A program made the position numbers and the translations under genes. A stretch of 64,000 bases of DNA from Octopus vulgaris (Eukaryota). How positions within the stretch are numbered: position 1 is the stretch's first letter; every line of letters begins with the position of its first letter. This document shows, piece after piece, positions 1-13,640 of this stretch. Location: contig OX597818.1 in the NCBI GenBank assembly GCA_951406725.2, forward strand, positions 136,710,001-136,774,000, in the 5' to 3' direction. The notes under the pieces are model-generated. The model searched no databases. It worked only from the letters and a program-made list of their open reading frames with translations, and was not told where the DNA came from.

Positions 1-49
<49 letters not shown>

Positions 50-625
50 CATGTATACATATATGTATGCATGTATATATATATATATGTATGCATATAT
101 ATATATATCTATGTATATATATATATGTATATATACATCATCAAAACAAATGATGGAGAAATGTTAGTTCATTACAGGTGTTTCAAACACATTTTTTAAA
201 TAGATAAATGAATACGTTACATCATGGCAACAAAAAAAAAATTCATTAGATGATACATAGAATTTCAAACAATAGAAGAACAAATCCTGAATACAGCAGG
301 AACACAACTTGACTCCAGCCCAAGCTGGCCTGGAATGAGAGAACAAACATAAGGTCATAATAACCATTAAGAGCTAGATAGACTCTTAATATCAAAAGGG
401 GCTCCTGACCGTCGGACATCCTGGAATATACCAAACACCATGCGATCAATACAACATGCACTTTGGATCAGCTCCTAGGCATTAAATACTCGTAAGGGTT
501 AAATTCTCTGTATGCATAACAGCACCCAATATATTTATTTGACTAAAGGTAGTGTTTACAAGTTAATTCAACACAACCTGGTGCCTATCATTTAAGTACC
601 TGATTCTCTCCTGAATCCTTAATAT

Positions 626-682
<57 letters not shown>

Positions 683-684
<2 letters not shown>

Positions 685-1086
685 TCTTTTACTCTTTTAC
701 TTGTTTCAGTCAGTTGACTGTGGCCATGCTGGAGCACTGCCTTTAATCGAGCAACTCGACCCCGGGACTTATTCTTTGTACGCCCAGTACTTATTCTACC
801 GGTCTCTTTTGCCGAACCGCTAAGTAACGGGGACATAAACACACCAGCATCGGTTGTCAAGCAATGCTAAGGGGACAAACACAGACACACAAACATATAC
901 ACGCACACATATATATATATACAACAGGCTTCTTTTCAGTTTCCGTCTACCAAATCCACTCACAAGGCTTTGGTCGGCCCGAGGCTATAGTAGAAGACAC
1001 TTACCCAAGGTGCCATGCAGTGGGACTGAACCCGGAACCATGTGGTTGTTAAGCAAGCTACTTACCACACAGCCGCTCCTGCGCCT
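683..1086 (-). mobile_element. Family A SINE
   Basis: Full-length reverse complement of 7117-7518, tail abutting (TA)n. Confidence 0.9.
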
Positions 1087-1124
1087 ATATACATACAAAT
1101 TTTAAATTACATCTCCAGCAAGTT

Positions 1125-1300
1125 AACTTGGGACCCCTTAACGACAATGTTATCTTCATTTAACTAAGGTATCTTTGGCCTGAGGAGTACCTAGTGGAGT
1201 ATGCCTCACTGAGTAATTATTACTGCTGAGGTTCTGCTAGCTAGGATACATATGTAGCCTGGATTTTATCTGCTCCATTCTCACAATTTGGATTTTTATT
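1125..1300. repeat. Unclassified dispersed repeat
   Basis: Reverse-complement copy at ~43270-43440 (acatatgtagcctggat...atctgctccattctc). Confidence 0.75.
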
Positions 1301-1858
1301 CGCATTCATAAAAACCCTAGATGCTGATCATGAAGATATAAAAAAACATTTTTCAGCTTATCGAACATCAATATGGGAAAAAATTACAACTTTCTTTGCC
1401 AATAAACTATTATTGTTCCTGAAAGTTGTTCCTTATACCTGCTACAGACTGCTCAATGTTTACTAACCTTCTACACCTAATTCCTTGGATCTTACAATTA
1501 CATATCATTACACATGCATTCATGCACACACACACACATGCATACACAGATACACATATGTGCATCTGAAGAATCTTTAGGCAGTCTTTGAAGCCAGTGA
1601 AATAACTTTTCCACCCCCTAAAAAAAATAAATACAGGAAAGAAGAAAAAAAGTTTTGTTGAAGCAGAACAGAAGACATTTTTGAACATGTTTAAGGCATG
1701 TTACTGCCTGGGCAGAAAGCTGTAAATAGATGGGAAATAAAAATACATGCACACACACACATACATGTAGCAGTATAGATACATGCTCTCTCTCTCTCAC
1801 ACACGCGTCTCTCTCTTTCTCTCTCTCTCACACACGTCTCTCTCTCTCTCTCTCACAC

Positions 1859-1936
<78 letters not shown>

Positions 1937-1944
1937 AAATATTA

Positions 1945-2115
1945 GGGAATAAATCCAAACTTACAGGGAAAAATCAGATTTAGGATTAAATCCAATTTTA
2001 TAGTAAAATATATTATATTATATTATATTATATTAAATTAGAGATAAAACCACTATTAGGCAAATCAAACAATGAAAAACATAAGCCAATACATAAAATT
2101 AATTAATTTATATTA
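1945..2115. repeat. AT-rich (TA)n-bounded repeat, probably PLE pseudo-LTR-derived
   Basis: 2035-2110 is the reverse complement of 35655-35728, which lies just downstream of the 35521 hammerhead. 1945-2010 resembles 35790-35860. Confidence 0.65.
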
Positions 2116-2327
2116 TTTTATATATATACTTTATAATTAGGGTTCAGCAACGATTTGCTTCACCACATATCGAAGTATAGAAATAGCAGTCAAAAAATCT
2201 TAGCTATTCCTTCTACTTTAAAGGGAGTTCCCAGAAAAACCAAAGCACTTGAAAACAAACCACGTAGGTCGAATTCTACTTGGTGAAATTACTGATTACT
2301 TCTTAAGTAATTAATTTCACCCTTTGT

Positions 2328-2372
<45 letters not shown>

Positions 2373-3825
2373 CACATGAGCAGAAAGAGGTGGAAGCATG
2401 GATATATATCAGATTCAAGCATAAACCCAAGCACATGCATATATATTCCCTGGCTTGGATCATTAACTCTATTAAGAGTTAGTTGTAGGTGTCTTATTGT
2501 GACATACTCAAGGTCTTGAGCAGTTTTAGAACTGGTGGAGTCTGTCCCTTTCCAGGCTTGACCAAAGCTGATGTCTTCTAGAGAGAAGAAAACAGAGAAA
2601 GAGGAAAATTGACCCCCTGTACTTTATCAACCCTGAAAGGACGACAGTCGATGTTGATGTCATCAGTATTTCAACTTAAAATGTAGAGAACTGAAACAAA
2701 TACCACAAGGTATTTTTCAGATGCTTCAACAACTCTGACAATGTATGTACACTGCCTATATATCATCATATCTTCATTTAAAGTCCAAGTTCCAAGCTAG
2801 CATGGGTCGGAAAGTTTGACAAGATCTGATGAGTTCAAAGACTGCATCATGCTTAACTGGCCAAAGCATCAAAGTTACAGTCAATAGCATTCTTGTTTAG
2901 GCAGTGAACTGGCAGAAACGTTAGCGTGCCAGGCGAAATGCTTAGCGGCATTTCATCTGCCATTACGTTCTGAATTCAAATGTTGCCGTGGTTGACTTTG
3001 CCTTTCATCCTTTCGGGGTTAATAAATAAAGTACCAGTTACGCACTGGGGTCGATGTCATCGACTTAATCTCTTTGTCTGTCCTTGTTTGTCCCCTCCAT
3101 GTTTAGCCCCTTGTGGGCAATAAATAAATAAATAAATATGGACTCTAAAAATGTATACAGTAAGCCATCAGATTAACGTAAACTTGTTTTTATTATAACT
3201 GAACATGAAAACAAACATTTACACACACACCCACTAATGCACATATATATACATTCATCAAAGTCTACAGTATTATAGATCCATTACAGCTGATCTTACC
3301 TATTGGCTTCTAACTGGATATAAAATAACAGGGTGAAAACTGATTGATAAGATTGGTTGTTAATGGATCTATAATGAATACTTTGACTACTTTGAATAAC
3401 ATAACTACTCCACTGACAAATATACAAATGCCAGTTTTTTTTCTGACTTATGGATTTTATCAAGTACATTGTTTTGTCTTGGTATAAAAGATGGCCTACA
3501 GCAAATATTCTGCTCAATACCACAAATTTGTTTTTCAGGCACTTGACTGTAACCAGTTGAACATGTCCTTCAGTGGCTGATGATATGTGTATTTCTGATC
3601 ATGAGCAGAAGTAGAGGGGAAGCATCATAGCCATGTGTTGAGAGGAATTCTTTGGAGTTTGGATTATTTACCTTTGGAAATATGGTTGTTTTACAGCTCT
3701 TCTTTTAATTTTGACTCTATGTCTTCAGGAGGAATTACCTCAATCCTTTCTATATTAACAAGAACAACAGCAACAACAACAAAAAATACCTTAGGAATGA
3801 GAACCCAGGTTCGCAGTTTCCCTAA

Positions 3826-3868
3826 GACACCTGAAGAAGGCTGGAGGATATATCAGCCGAAACGTGTT
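3826..3868 (+). ncRNA. Second copy of the 48297 hammerhead family, with a small deletion at the cleavage site
   Basis: gacac-CTGAAGA-a-ggctg..cagcc-GAAA-cgtgtt. The flanks (3780-3917) align with 48255-48390. Confidence 0.6.
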
Positions 3869-6042
3869 AACAACAAACAAGATGAGGCCAAATATCTGTC
3901 AGATGTAAATAATGTACATGGTTGTTTGGTTCAACATCCTTAAACAACCCTTATTCAGGGACCTTTTGAGCAGGATGGGCTACTCGACCTGAAGAAAATT
4001 CTAACTGGGCCCCACCTGCAAGGTCATGTGCTGTTTATCTTGATATGAGATCACTATATTGCACACATATAGTTGTGATGCATGTGCCTGGTGTACCCTT
4101 ATCAGACGGGTAGTCATGATGGATATACTGGGCATCATATATTTTACCCCAGTGTCACTTTGATGGTATGCACTGCTCTCTCACTCAATGATAATAATAA
4201 TAATGGTTTCAAATTTTGGCACAAGGCCAACAATTTTGGGGGTGGGGGTTAAGTCGATTTACGTCAACCCCAGTGTTCAACTGGTACTTATTTTATCAGC
4301 TTGAAAGAACGAAAAGTAAAGTCAACCTCAGCGGAATTTGAACTCAGAACATAAAGACAGTTGTGCTAACAATTTTGCCAGCTTGCTATCTTAATAATAA
4401 TAATGAGCTTATTATATACAATCCTCAGTTGCACTATGACTTGCCAGAAAAAGGGTAAAAGAGGGGACAGATAGCAGCAGTAAGTTGAGCAAAGAAAGAC
4501 GGCAATGATAACCAAAAATGCATGTATGGTGCCTGCGAGGAAATACTAAAAGACAGAAAATAAACAACAAAAGAACCATAAAGAGGAAAGGGTGCATGGT
4601 ACATCAGGAATAGTGTTCGTGAATTTTGAGATGCATAGAATTTTTGAGGGATGCAATTTCCTGACAGATAACAAGTGAAATTTAGTAAGAAAAGGGAAAA
4701 AAAGTGAGGAAAGGTTTAGTGTTGATAACAATGTAATGGTAGGATTGGTGGAGATATTTATGAAAAAAAAAAAAAGATGAAGCAGCATGATGGGATGGAT
4801 GGAAATAAGGTGTGGTCGTTAAGAGAGAGCAACAGGGCAGGATGTTGGCTGGAGAGAAGGATTGAGGGAGAGAGAAAGAGTATGAGAATGAGTAAGGGAG
4901 AATGAGGAGAGAGACACAGAGATTGCAAGGGAGAGAGAGATAGAGGTGAATTGAGAAAAACATGTTGATACAAAACAAGGGAGCGCAGAGAGAAATGAAA
5001 AATTATGAGTGTGAAGGTATATGAGAGAAGGAGTGGGAGGGAGGCAAGGAGGGAGATAGAGGAATGGAAAGAGGGAAAGAGAGAGAGAGAGGGGATGAGG
5101 ATGGATATTTAAGAGGAAGCAAAGATGAACAGTGAAGATGGAATGAAGAAAATATGTGGAAGGAAAAGCTGTTGTGATGTGCTGTACAAGAGAAGAGGAT
5201 ATCTGGGTGTGTGGGAGTGTGTATATATATATATATATATATATCATCATCATCATCATCGTTTAACGTCCGCTTTCCATGCTAGCATGGGTTGGACGGT
5301 TCAACTATGGTCTGGCAAGCTCGAAGGCTGCACCAGGCCAGTCAGATCTGGCAGTGTTTCTACAGCTGGATGCCCTTCCTAACGCCAACCACTCCGAGAG
5401 TGTAGTGGGTGATTTTATGTGCCACCGACACAGGTGCCAGACGAGGCTGGCAGACGGCCACGCTCGGATGGTGTTTTTATGTGCCACCGACACAGGTGCC
5501 AGACGAGGCTGGCAGACGGCCATGCTCGGATGGTGTTTTTATGTGCCACCGATATATATATATACAATAGTATGGATATATATATATATATACAATAGTA
5601 TGGATATCCTTATTCAAAGGGCCAAGGAATCTGCACTTCTTCAAAAACTGATGATTCTAGAAACAGATTTACTATTTCTTAAAAACTATACTGTGCAAGT
5701 TGTAAATAAACTTTGATATATATAATGTGCATACATGCATGCATGTGTGGGTGCATGACCGTGTATGTGTGTGTCTATATATACATAAATACATATGTAC
5801 ACATATACATTTGCACCCATACATATACATGCACAAATATATTTCATCATAAACATATTTACAAAAATGCTGCTCTAAAGAAAGAAATTAAGAAAGTTTG
5901 CTGAAAAAGAAGAGATTTTGTAACTGAAGTAATTCAATTGGAACAAGATGTAGTTTAATAGGTTCCAGATTGTTTTCAATAAATTGACATGGTACTAAAT
6001 ACAACCTGCAAGTTCGTTTGTTGCTGCTTAGTCCTGGCTTAA

Positions 6043-6264
6043 CCCTTTAGTGTTCGCATTATTCTGCCAAAATTAATGCTTTTTCATCCAGATTGTTTTG
6101 AACTAATCTTGCCTTAATCTCGTAGCTATGAGATTTTGATGAGGTAGCTGTTAATTTTTAAAACGATATTGTAGGGTTGGTGTGAGAGACCAGATCTGGC
6201 CAGTTTGAACATAAAACAGGCAGAATACTTTTGGCCAGATATGGCCGGTTTAAATGCTAAAGGG
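6043..6264. mobile_element. piggyBac-like MITE
   Basis: TTAA-ccctttag...ctaaaggg-TTAA. A related, interrupted copy starts near 52148. Confidence 0.85.
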
Positions 6265-6658
6265 TTAACCTTAGTCAAGCAGACCTTTGATCAAAAACGA
6301 CCCAATCATGACCTCACACATTATATATCTGGAACTACATTATCCACTGTGTTGTTCTATATTTAAGACAATAAGGCTGTGATTTGAAGGAAAGTTGGCT
6401 ATTACTTTTAGCAAGTTGAGTGGCCATGAAAAGGTTGTTTGGACTCAAAGTAAATTGTTGTTGTTGAGATGGTGTGGTTAAGTAGAATCTGAGAAAACTA
6501 TACAGTGGTCTGGAATTGATAAGCTAAAGGCAAATACATGAACTTATTATGGGGATCTGTGCATGACAGGGCCCTGCTATTAGAATGGTAAGATGGAATA
6601 GGAATAGGATAAGAATAAAGGGACAAAAGAATTAGTACATGTGTATATCAACTGTTAT

Positions 6659-6926
6659 GGAGGCACGTGGCTTAGTGGTTAGGGTGTCAGCACCATGAAA
6701 GTAAGATTGTGGTTTCAATTCCTGGACCGGGTGATGTGTTGTATTCTTGAGCAAAACACTTCATTTCACATTGCTCCAGTTCACTCAGCTGGCAAAAATG
6801 AGTAATGCTGTGATAGACTGGCATCCCGTCCGGCTGGGGAACACATACACCATTGAAACCAGGAAACCGGGCCCATGAGCCTGGCTAGGCTTTAAAAAAA
6901 GGGCACATTTATTTATTTATTTATTA
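6659..6926 (+). mobile_element. tRNA-derived SINE (V-SINE-like body) with 15-bp TSD and (ATTT)n tail
   Basis: TSD tatatcaactgttat at 6644-6658 and 6927-6941. A related head lies at ~45027-45130. Confidence 0.85.
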
Positions 6927-7116
6927 TATATCAACTGTTATATATAGTTTCATACCCTTAAAAGAAAAAGTATTTTATATACTCTGATAATATGTGTATT
7001 CTGCTACTAGTTTCAAGGAGATTAAAGTAATCAAAACATATATTTTATAACTCTTATATATTCATAATAAAATTTAGATATTTATTTACCAATGTGTTAT
7101 TTTCAACATTCAAACA

Positions 7117-7518
7117 GGCGTAGGAGTGGCTGTGTGGTAAGTAGCTTGCTTACGAACCACATGCTTCCAGGTTCAGTCCCACTGCGTGGCACCTTGGGCA
7201 AGTGTCTTCTACTATAGCCTCGGGCCGACCAAAGCCTTGTGAGTGGATTTGGTAGACGGAAACTGAAAAAGCCCGTCGTATATATGTATATGTATGTATG
7301 TTTGTGTGTCTGTGTTTGTCTGCCCCCCCCCCCCCCAACATCGCTTGACAACCGATGCTGGTGTGTTTACGTCCCTGTAACTTAGCGGTTCGGCAAAAGA
7401 GACCGATAGAATAAGTACTAGACTTGCAACGAATAAGTCCTGGGGTCGATTTGCTCAACTAAAAAGGTGGTGCTCCAGCATGGCCACAGTCAAATGACTG
7501 AAACAAGTAAAAGAGAGA
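7117..7518 (+). mobile_element. Family A tRNA-derived SINE (~400 bp, internal TA/GT microsatellite, gtaaaaga tail)
   Basis: A-box tggctgtgtggt, B-box ggttcagtccc. Other copies: 683-1086(-), 8081-8500, 14670-14985, 17870-18720, 19401-19804(-), 33060-33628(-), 42070-42235, 42540-42780, 45535-45680, 62500-62905 and fragments. Confidence 0.9.
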
Positions 7519-7534
7519 AAAAAAAAAAAGAGTT

Positions 7535-8690
7535 TCAGTCAAATCTTGTAGAGTTTGTGTAACATCTACCATGTTTATGCACCACGAGGTTGATCTTGAA
7601 GCTTCTCCATCATCGTCCAGGATCTGGCTCCATAGAAAAGAATGTTCTCTAAACTTGCCCTAAAGAGGGCAAACCTTGTTGACTTACAAATACATGACTG
7701 CCAGCTGTTTTGAAGCTTGTTACATGTACTGTAATATAATTCTTTGCCTGTAAGGAAGTTGTTCTTACTATCAGCAATGCAAGACCCAAGCTATTTGAAG
7801 ACATTAATCTCCTTAAGTCATTTACCATTGTTGGAACTAATTAGCAGGCAGTTTCCACTTACATTGATAGTAATGTATTCAGTCTTCATTGCATCGAGAA
7901 ACAGACTGAATATAGACTGATATTAGCTGTAGCATTCTCCAGTCTTGTGCATCACATGAGGTAGGCTTTGCTGGCCAGTTCTATTGTGCTAAACAACAGC
8001 CCAAATTGGATGCTGCTGTATTTTGGAGACTTACAAAATCTAATAGAAGATGATGACCACTCATTTACATTGATATTATAGGCATAGGGGTGGCTGTGTA
8101 GGCGTAGGAGTGGCTGTGTAGGTGTAGGAGTGGCTGTGTGGTAAATAGCTTGTTTATTAACCACACAGTTCCAGGTTCAGTCCCACTGCGTGGCACCTTG
8201 GGCAAGTGTCTTCTACTATAGCCTCAGGCTGACCAAAGCCTTGTGAGTGGGTTTGGGCGACGGAAACTGAAAGAAGCCCGTTGTATATATGTATGTGCGT
8301 GTGTGTTTGTCCTCCCAACATCGCTTGACAACCGATGCCGGTGTGTTTACGTTCCCGTAACTTAGCTGTTCAGTGAAAGAGACCGATACAATAAGTACAA
8401 GGCTTACAAAGAATAAGTCCTGGGGTCGATTTGTTTGACTAAAGGCGGTGCTCCAGCATGGCCACAGTCAAATGACTGAAGCAAGTAAAAGAGTTAAGAG
8501 AGAGATGCACAACAAAGAATCTACAAAAGCTAATAGTGGACAGAGAATCATGGTGAAAGCATTGTGAGATGTATCTTGGTAGTGACTGCTTGAAGATGAT
8601 GGTCGTTTCTGCGAGGAATTTATATACTTAAGTTTTTGAAGTATTGAGTACTATACTCTTAGTTTGTGGATAGGATACTCTAGTTCTTAT
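7535..8690 (-). pseudogene. Decayed RTE-type LINE RT fragment interrupted by a SINE
   Basis: Minus strand LKEINVFK*LGSCIAD, CNKLQNSWQS, FALFRASLENILFYGARSWTM. Confidence 0.75.
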
Positions 8691-8743
8691 GAATAATATT
8701 GTGTATGTATGCATCTGTGTGCATGTGTGTGTGTGTATATATA

Positions 8744-9057
8744 TCACCGTGATCACCGTGACCGACCAGGCCATCAGATGTTGTTACACATCACTGGTCA
8801 CAATGCGCTTTGCATTGTTTTAGCCTTCAAATGACGCCACCCCGCTGGCTAAGCGAGCAGGCCAACAGAAGAAAGAGTGAGAGAAAGTTGTGGCGAAAGA
8901 GTACAGCCGGGATCACCACCATCCCCTACCGGAGCCTCGTGGAGCTTTTAGGTGTTTTCGCTCAATAAACACTCACAACGCCCGGTCTGGGAATCGAAAC
9001 CGCGATCCTACGACCGCGAGTCCGCTGCCCTAACCACTAGGCCATTGCGCCTCCACA
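8744..9057 (-). mobile_element. Family E SINE
   Basis: Colinear with 10626-10930. Confidence 0.9.
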
Positions 9058-9167
9058 TGTATATATATATATATATATGCAAATATACAGGTACATGTAG
9101 TCTTCACATGTGCATGCACAAAAGCACTCATGCATGCACATATGCTCAAATACACACATGCACGCGT

Positions 9168-9216
<49 letters not shown>

Positions 9217-9308
9217 GTGGTTTAAACAGCAGCATATTTATTTTTATATTATTTTGCATGTGAATGGGCATGCACGCATACTTTCACACACACACATATG
9301 CATTTGTT

Positions 9309-9493
<185 letters not shown>

Positions 9494-10599
9494 GTGTGTG
9501 TGTATATAAGATATCGTATACACATTCAAAAATTAACTGGGTTTTTTTTTTTAATATTGTTTATATTTTATGCTAACACACAAACACACGCATGCACACA
9601 CAACATAGAGTGACAAGACCTGTTATTCTGGCTGAATGCTCCATGTACTTTTGCCGTGTTCACACCTGATGATCAAAAGGTGTTTCAAACATAGAACACT
9701 TCCTTTAATGTTCTTCAACAAACTATTTTATATTCTTTTCAAGTGTTTTTTTTTTTTATTTTTTGGTTCTATTCCTTCTCCATCCACTCTTCCCCCCCCC
9801 TTTTAAAATAAATTTTATTTTAAGCCATATTTGAAATATAAATCAGATGTGATTGTATTCTTACATGAAGACAGCAACAATAACAAAAACAAAAACAAAA
9901 ACGAAATGAAAATATCAATAATTCAATACCATTGAACTTTGGAATTAATTTCAATTCTTTCGGTTCTTCCACCAAATTTTTGTTTTGGTGTATTTATTTT
10001 TGACAGTGTAAGTGGCAGGCCTAACTCATCATCTGCTAAAACACAACCCAACTGGTCCGTGTTGTTGTTATTGTTGTTTAGGCTGTCAGTTCTGATTCAG
10101 CAGACCTGTGATCAAAAGCATTCCATTATATGACCATCACAACTTTTTCCTATATACAGGACATCCAAAACTACTACTACATCATTCAATGTCTTTTTCT
10201 AAGGCAGTGAGTGGTATGTGATTTGAGGGAGATTTGGCTGTTACTTCATGCAAGTCAAGCAATCATGTAGGGTATCTCTTATTAGCTTCTTACGTGGTCT
10301 TAGCAGACCTCGGTGGAGTTCATTCTGTTGCAAGTATTCAGACAAAAACATCTTTGTCCTGCCATATCACTCATATGTATGGAGGTCATCCTTGTGGTCA
10401 GCAAGGAAGTTGAATCTGTAGAAATGTTTAGCAAGTTCAAGCAATGCAAAGAGTGAAGAATTCAGCATTTCTGGTGGGCTCATGCCCTTCACCCAAGAGT
10501 GGAAAAGACAGAGAGATGGAATGGAACTTGAAGAATGGCAGCAGTGTTTCTGCATGTACCTTTCATTGGCAGCTTATCATTGACATTAGTATGAAGTGC

Positions 10600-11170
10600 A
10601 TATATTGGCATATTTTGGTCATATTCACGTGATCACGTGACCGACCAGACCATCAGATGTTGTTACACATCGCTGGTCACAATGCGTTCGCATTGTTTTA
10701 GCCTTCGAATGATGCCACCCCGCTGGCCAAGCGAGCAGGCCAACAGAAGAAAGAGTGGGAGAAAGAGTGGTGAAAAAGTACAGCAGGGATCACCACCCCC
10801 TGCCAGAGCCTCGTGGAGCTTTTAGGTGTTTTCGCTCAATAAACACACACAACGCCCGGTCTGGGAATCGAAACCGCGATCCTGCAACCGCGAGTCCGCT
10901 GCCCTAACCACTAGGCCATTGCACCTCCACATTTTGGTCATATTATGCGGAGAAAATCCCTGGAGAAGGACATCATGCTCGGAATGGTCAGTGGCAAGAG
11001 AGGAAGAGGCCGACCAAGAACCCGCTGGCTTGACACCATCAAGAGTGAGACCGGAATGGACATAGCCAATGTGAAAGAAGTGGCCCAGGATAGAAATGAC
11101 TGGAGGACACTGATCCAACAAGTGACCGAGAGTCGACTTCGACTGAGCGGATAGATAGATAGATAGATGA
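10600..11170 (+). mobile_element. RTE LINE 3' end with (ATAG)n tail, split by a SINE
   Basis: LAYFGHI | MRRKSLEKDIMLGMVSGKRGRGRPRTRWLD...QDRNDWR. The reading frame is continuous once the SINE and one TSD are removed. Confidence 0.9.
10626..10930 (-). mobile_element. Family E tRNA(Arg-like)-derived SINE with 14-bp TSD
   Basis: TSD attttggtcatatt at 10612-10625 and 10931-10944. Head gtggaggtgcaatggcctagtggttagggcagcggactcgcgg. Second copy at 8744-9057(-). Confidence 0.92.
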
Positions 11171-11255
11171 AGTGCATTCCAGATGGTTTGAGACATTTTT
11201 TAGGAGAGGTAGTTAGAATTGTTCTAAATAATTGCAATTTTAGTATATCATTACT

Positions 11256-11390
11256 ATGTATCTAATAATGGAAGTCAAGAAAAGACTATTGGGGTGGTAC
11301 ATCTGGTTTGTACTAATGTATGGATGTGAATCTTGGATGATAAGCAAAGTCATGGAGAAGAGGCTCAAAGCTACAGAAATGTGGCCAAAA
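11256..11390 (+). pseudogene. RTE LINE fragment
   Basis: KKRLLGWYIWFVLMYGCESWMISKVMEKRLKATEMW. Confidence 0.8.
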
Positions 11391-11397
11391 TTTGAAA

Positions 11398-11428
<31 letters not shown>

Positions 11429-11664
11429 GGTTCAAATTTTGCCAACAAGGGCAGCACTTTTGGTGGTGGGGTTAAGTTGATTATGTCGATCCCAGTTTTC
11501 AACTGGTGCTTATTTTATTGACCCTGAAAGGATGAGAGGCAAAATCGATCTTGATGGAATCTGAACTCAGAATATAGAAGCAGATGAAATATTGTTAGAT
11601 ATTTCACCCAGCATGCTAACAATTCTGCCAGCTCGCTGCTTTTATTATTATTATTATTATTATA

Positions 11665-11870
11665 AAGGTGGTGAGCTGGCAAAATCATTATCATGCCAGG
11701 TGAAATGCTTAGTGGCATTTCATGTTCTAAGTTCAAATTCCGCTGAGGCTGACTTTGCCTTTCATCCTTTCAGGGTCGATAAAATAAGCACCAGCTGAGC
11801 ACTGGGGTCGATGTAATCGACTTATCCCCTTCCCAAATTTCAGGCCTTGTGCCTATAGTAGAAAGGATTA
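11665..11870 (+). mobile_element. Family B SINE, tail type 2 ending in (ATT)n
   Basis: Same head and core as type 1 but tail aaatttcaggccttgtgcctatagtagaaaggattatt. Also at 12523-12740, 24145-24360, 32130-32345(-), 32800-32910(-), 47800-47955. Confidence 0.85.
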
Positions 11871-11889
11871 TTACTATTATTATTATTAT

Positions 11890-12447
11890 TGAGTGAGAGA
11901 GCAGTGCATGCCATCAAAGTGACACTGGGGTAAAATATACGAAGCCCAGTATACCCATCATGACTACCCATCTGATAAGGGTACACCAGGCACATGCATC
12001 ACAACCATATGTGCGCGACATGGTGATCTTATATCAAGATAAACAGCACATGACCTTGCAGGTGGGGCCCAGTTAGAATTTTCTTCAGGTTGAGTAGCCC
12101 ATCCTGCTCAAAAGGTCCCTGAATAAGGGTTGCTTTAGGATGTTGAACGAAACACCTATGTTTCCAGAGGTGAATTATTCAAACCCCAAAGAATCCCTCT
12201 CAACACATGGCCATGATGCTCCTCCACTACTTCTGCTCATGATCAGAGATGCACATATCATCAGCCACTAAGGAACATGCTCAACTGGTTAAGGTCAAAC
12301 AACTGACAAGCAAATCTGTGGTATTGAGCAGAATATTTGCTGTAGCCCATCTTTTATACCAAGACAAAACAATGTACATGATGACACTTCCAGTCAGTTA
12401 AGATCAGAAGCCATGAGAGCCACTGCCTGGTACTGCATCAGGGCATA
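11890..12447 (-). mobile_element. Family C: ~555-bp non-coding element embedded in (TAA)n
   Basis: Colinear copies at ~3400-4190 (+, with an insertion) and 34309-34880 (+). All end in gctctctcactc followed by TAA-type repeats. Confidence 0.85.
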
Positions 12448-12779
12448 TTATTATTATTATTATCATTATTATTATTATTATTATTATCATTATTATTATT
12501 ATTATTATTATCATTATTATTAAGGTAGCAAGCTGGCAGAACTGTTAGCACACCAGGCAAAAATGCTTAGCAGCATTTTCTCAGTCCATAATTTCTGGGT
12601 TCAAATTCTGCCAAGGTTGACTTTGCCTTTCATCCTTTTGAGGTCGATAAATTAAATACCAGTTGTGTACTGAGGGTCAATCTAATCACTGGCTCTCTCC
12701 CGCAAAATTTCAGGCTTTGTGCCTATAGTAGAAAGGATTATTATTATTATTATTACATTAATCATCATCATCATCTACA

Positions 12780-13640
12780 GTAAAAAAGGGCACAATAATG
12801 AATAAGAATTTGAAAGAGAAAAAGAATTACAAGGAAAAGAAATGGACAAAGAAGGGAAGAGTGAGGGGGAAGTAATAGAGAAGAGGTTGAAGAAGGACAG
12901 AGAGAAAGAAGAAAATAGAAGGAAGGAAAAGCAGAACATGAGGAAGAAGAAAAGAAATAGGTGAGGAAATGAAGGATGAGGAAATGGAAGAGTAGGAGTA
13001 AACAAAGAAAGGAAAAATAGGGAGAAGCAGAAGAGGAGGAGGAGGTAGATGAAGAAAGAAGGAGAAATGGAGAGGGAAATTATAAATCTTAGAAGAAACA
13101 GAAGAGAAAGGTAACAGTATGGATGACAATGAAGAACACTGTAAAGTGGTGGTGGTGGTGGTGGCAGTGATGGTGATAGTAGTAATAAAAGTGGTAGTGG
13201 TGGTGGTGATGGTGACAATGGTGGCAGTAGTAGTGGTGGTAGTTTTAATAATAGTTGTAGTAATGGTGGTGGAGGCAATAGTAGTGGTAGTAGTAGTGGT
13301 GGTGAGGAAATGATGGTAGTAGTAGTAGTAGTAGTGGTGGTGGTGGGGATATGATGGTAGTAGTAGTAGTAGTAGTGGTGGGGAAATGATGGTAGTAGTA
13401 GTAGTGGTGGTGGTAGTTTTAGTGATAGTAGAAGTGGTAGTAGTAGTAGTAGTCGAGTAGTGGTGGTTGCAAAGGTATGGTGGTAGATTTTGTAGCAGTA
13501 GTAGTGGTGTTAGCAATAGTAGTGGTTGTAGATTTTCTAGTAAAGGTGGGGATAGTAATAGTAGTAGTTGTAGTAGTAGTAGTAGTGGTATTGATAATAG
13601 TTATTGATGGTGGTAGCAATGATGATGATGATGATGATTT
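12780..13640. repeat. Polypurine tract followed by a (GTA/GTG)n low-complexity tract
   Basis: Seen directly. Similar tracts at 4790-5140, 43880-44240 and 60925-61030. Confidence 0.9.

Noticed and set aside
854-1105. Recurring short ORFs such as FSFRLPNPLTRLWSARGYSRRHLPKVP and VFLQLDALPNANH
   Set aside because: Read-through of repeat families A and D, not genes.
8985-9057. tRNA-like sequences
   Set aside because: They are SINE heads continuing into SINE bodies, with no complete acceptor stem.
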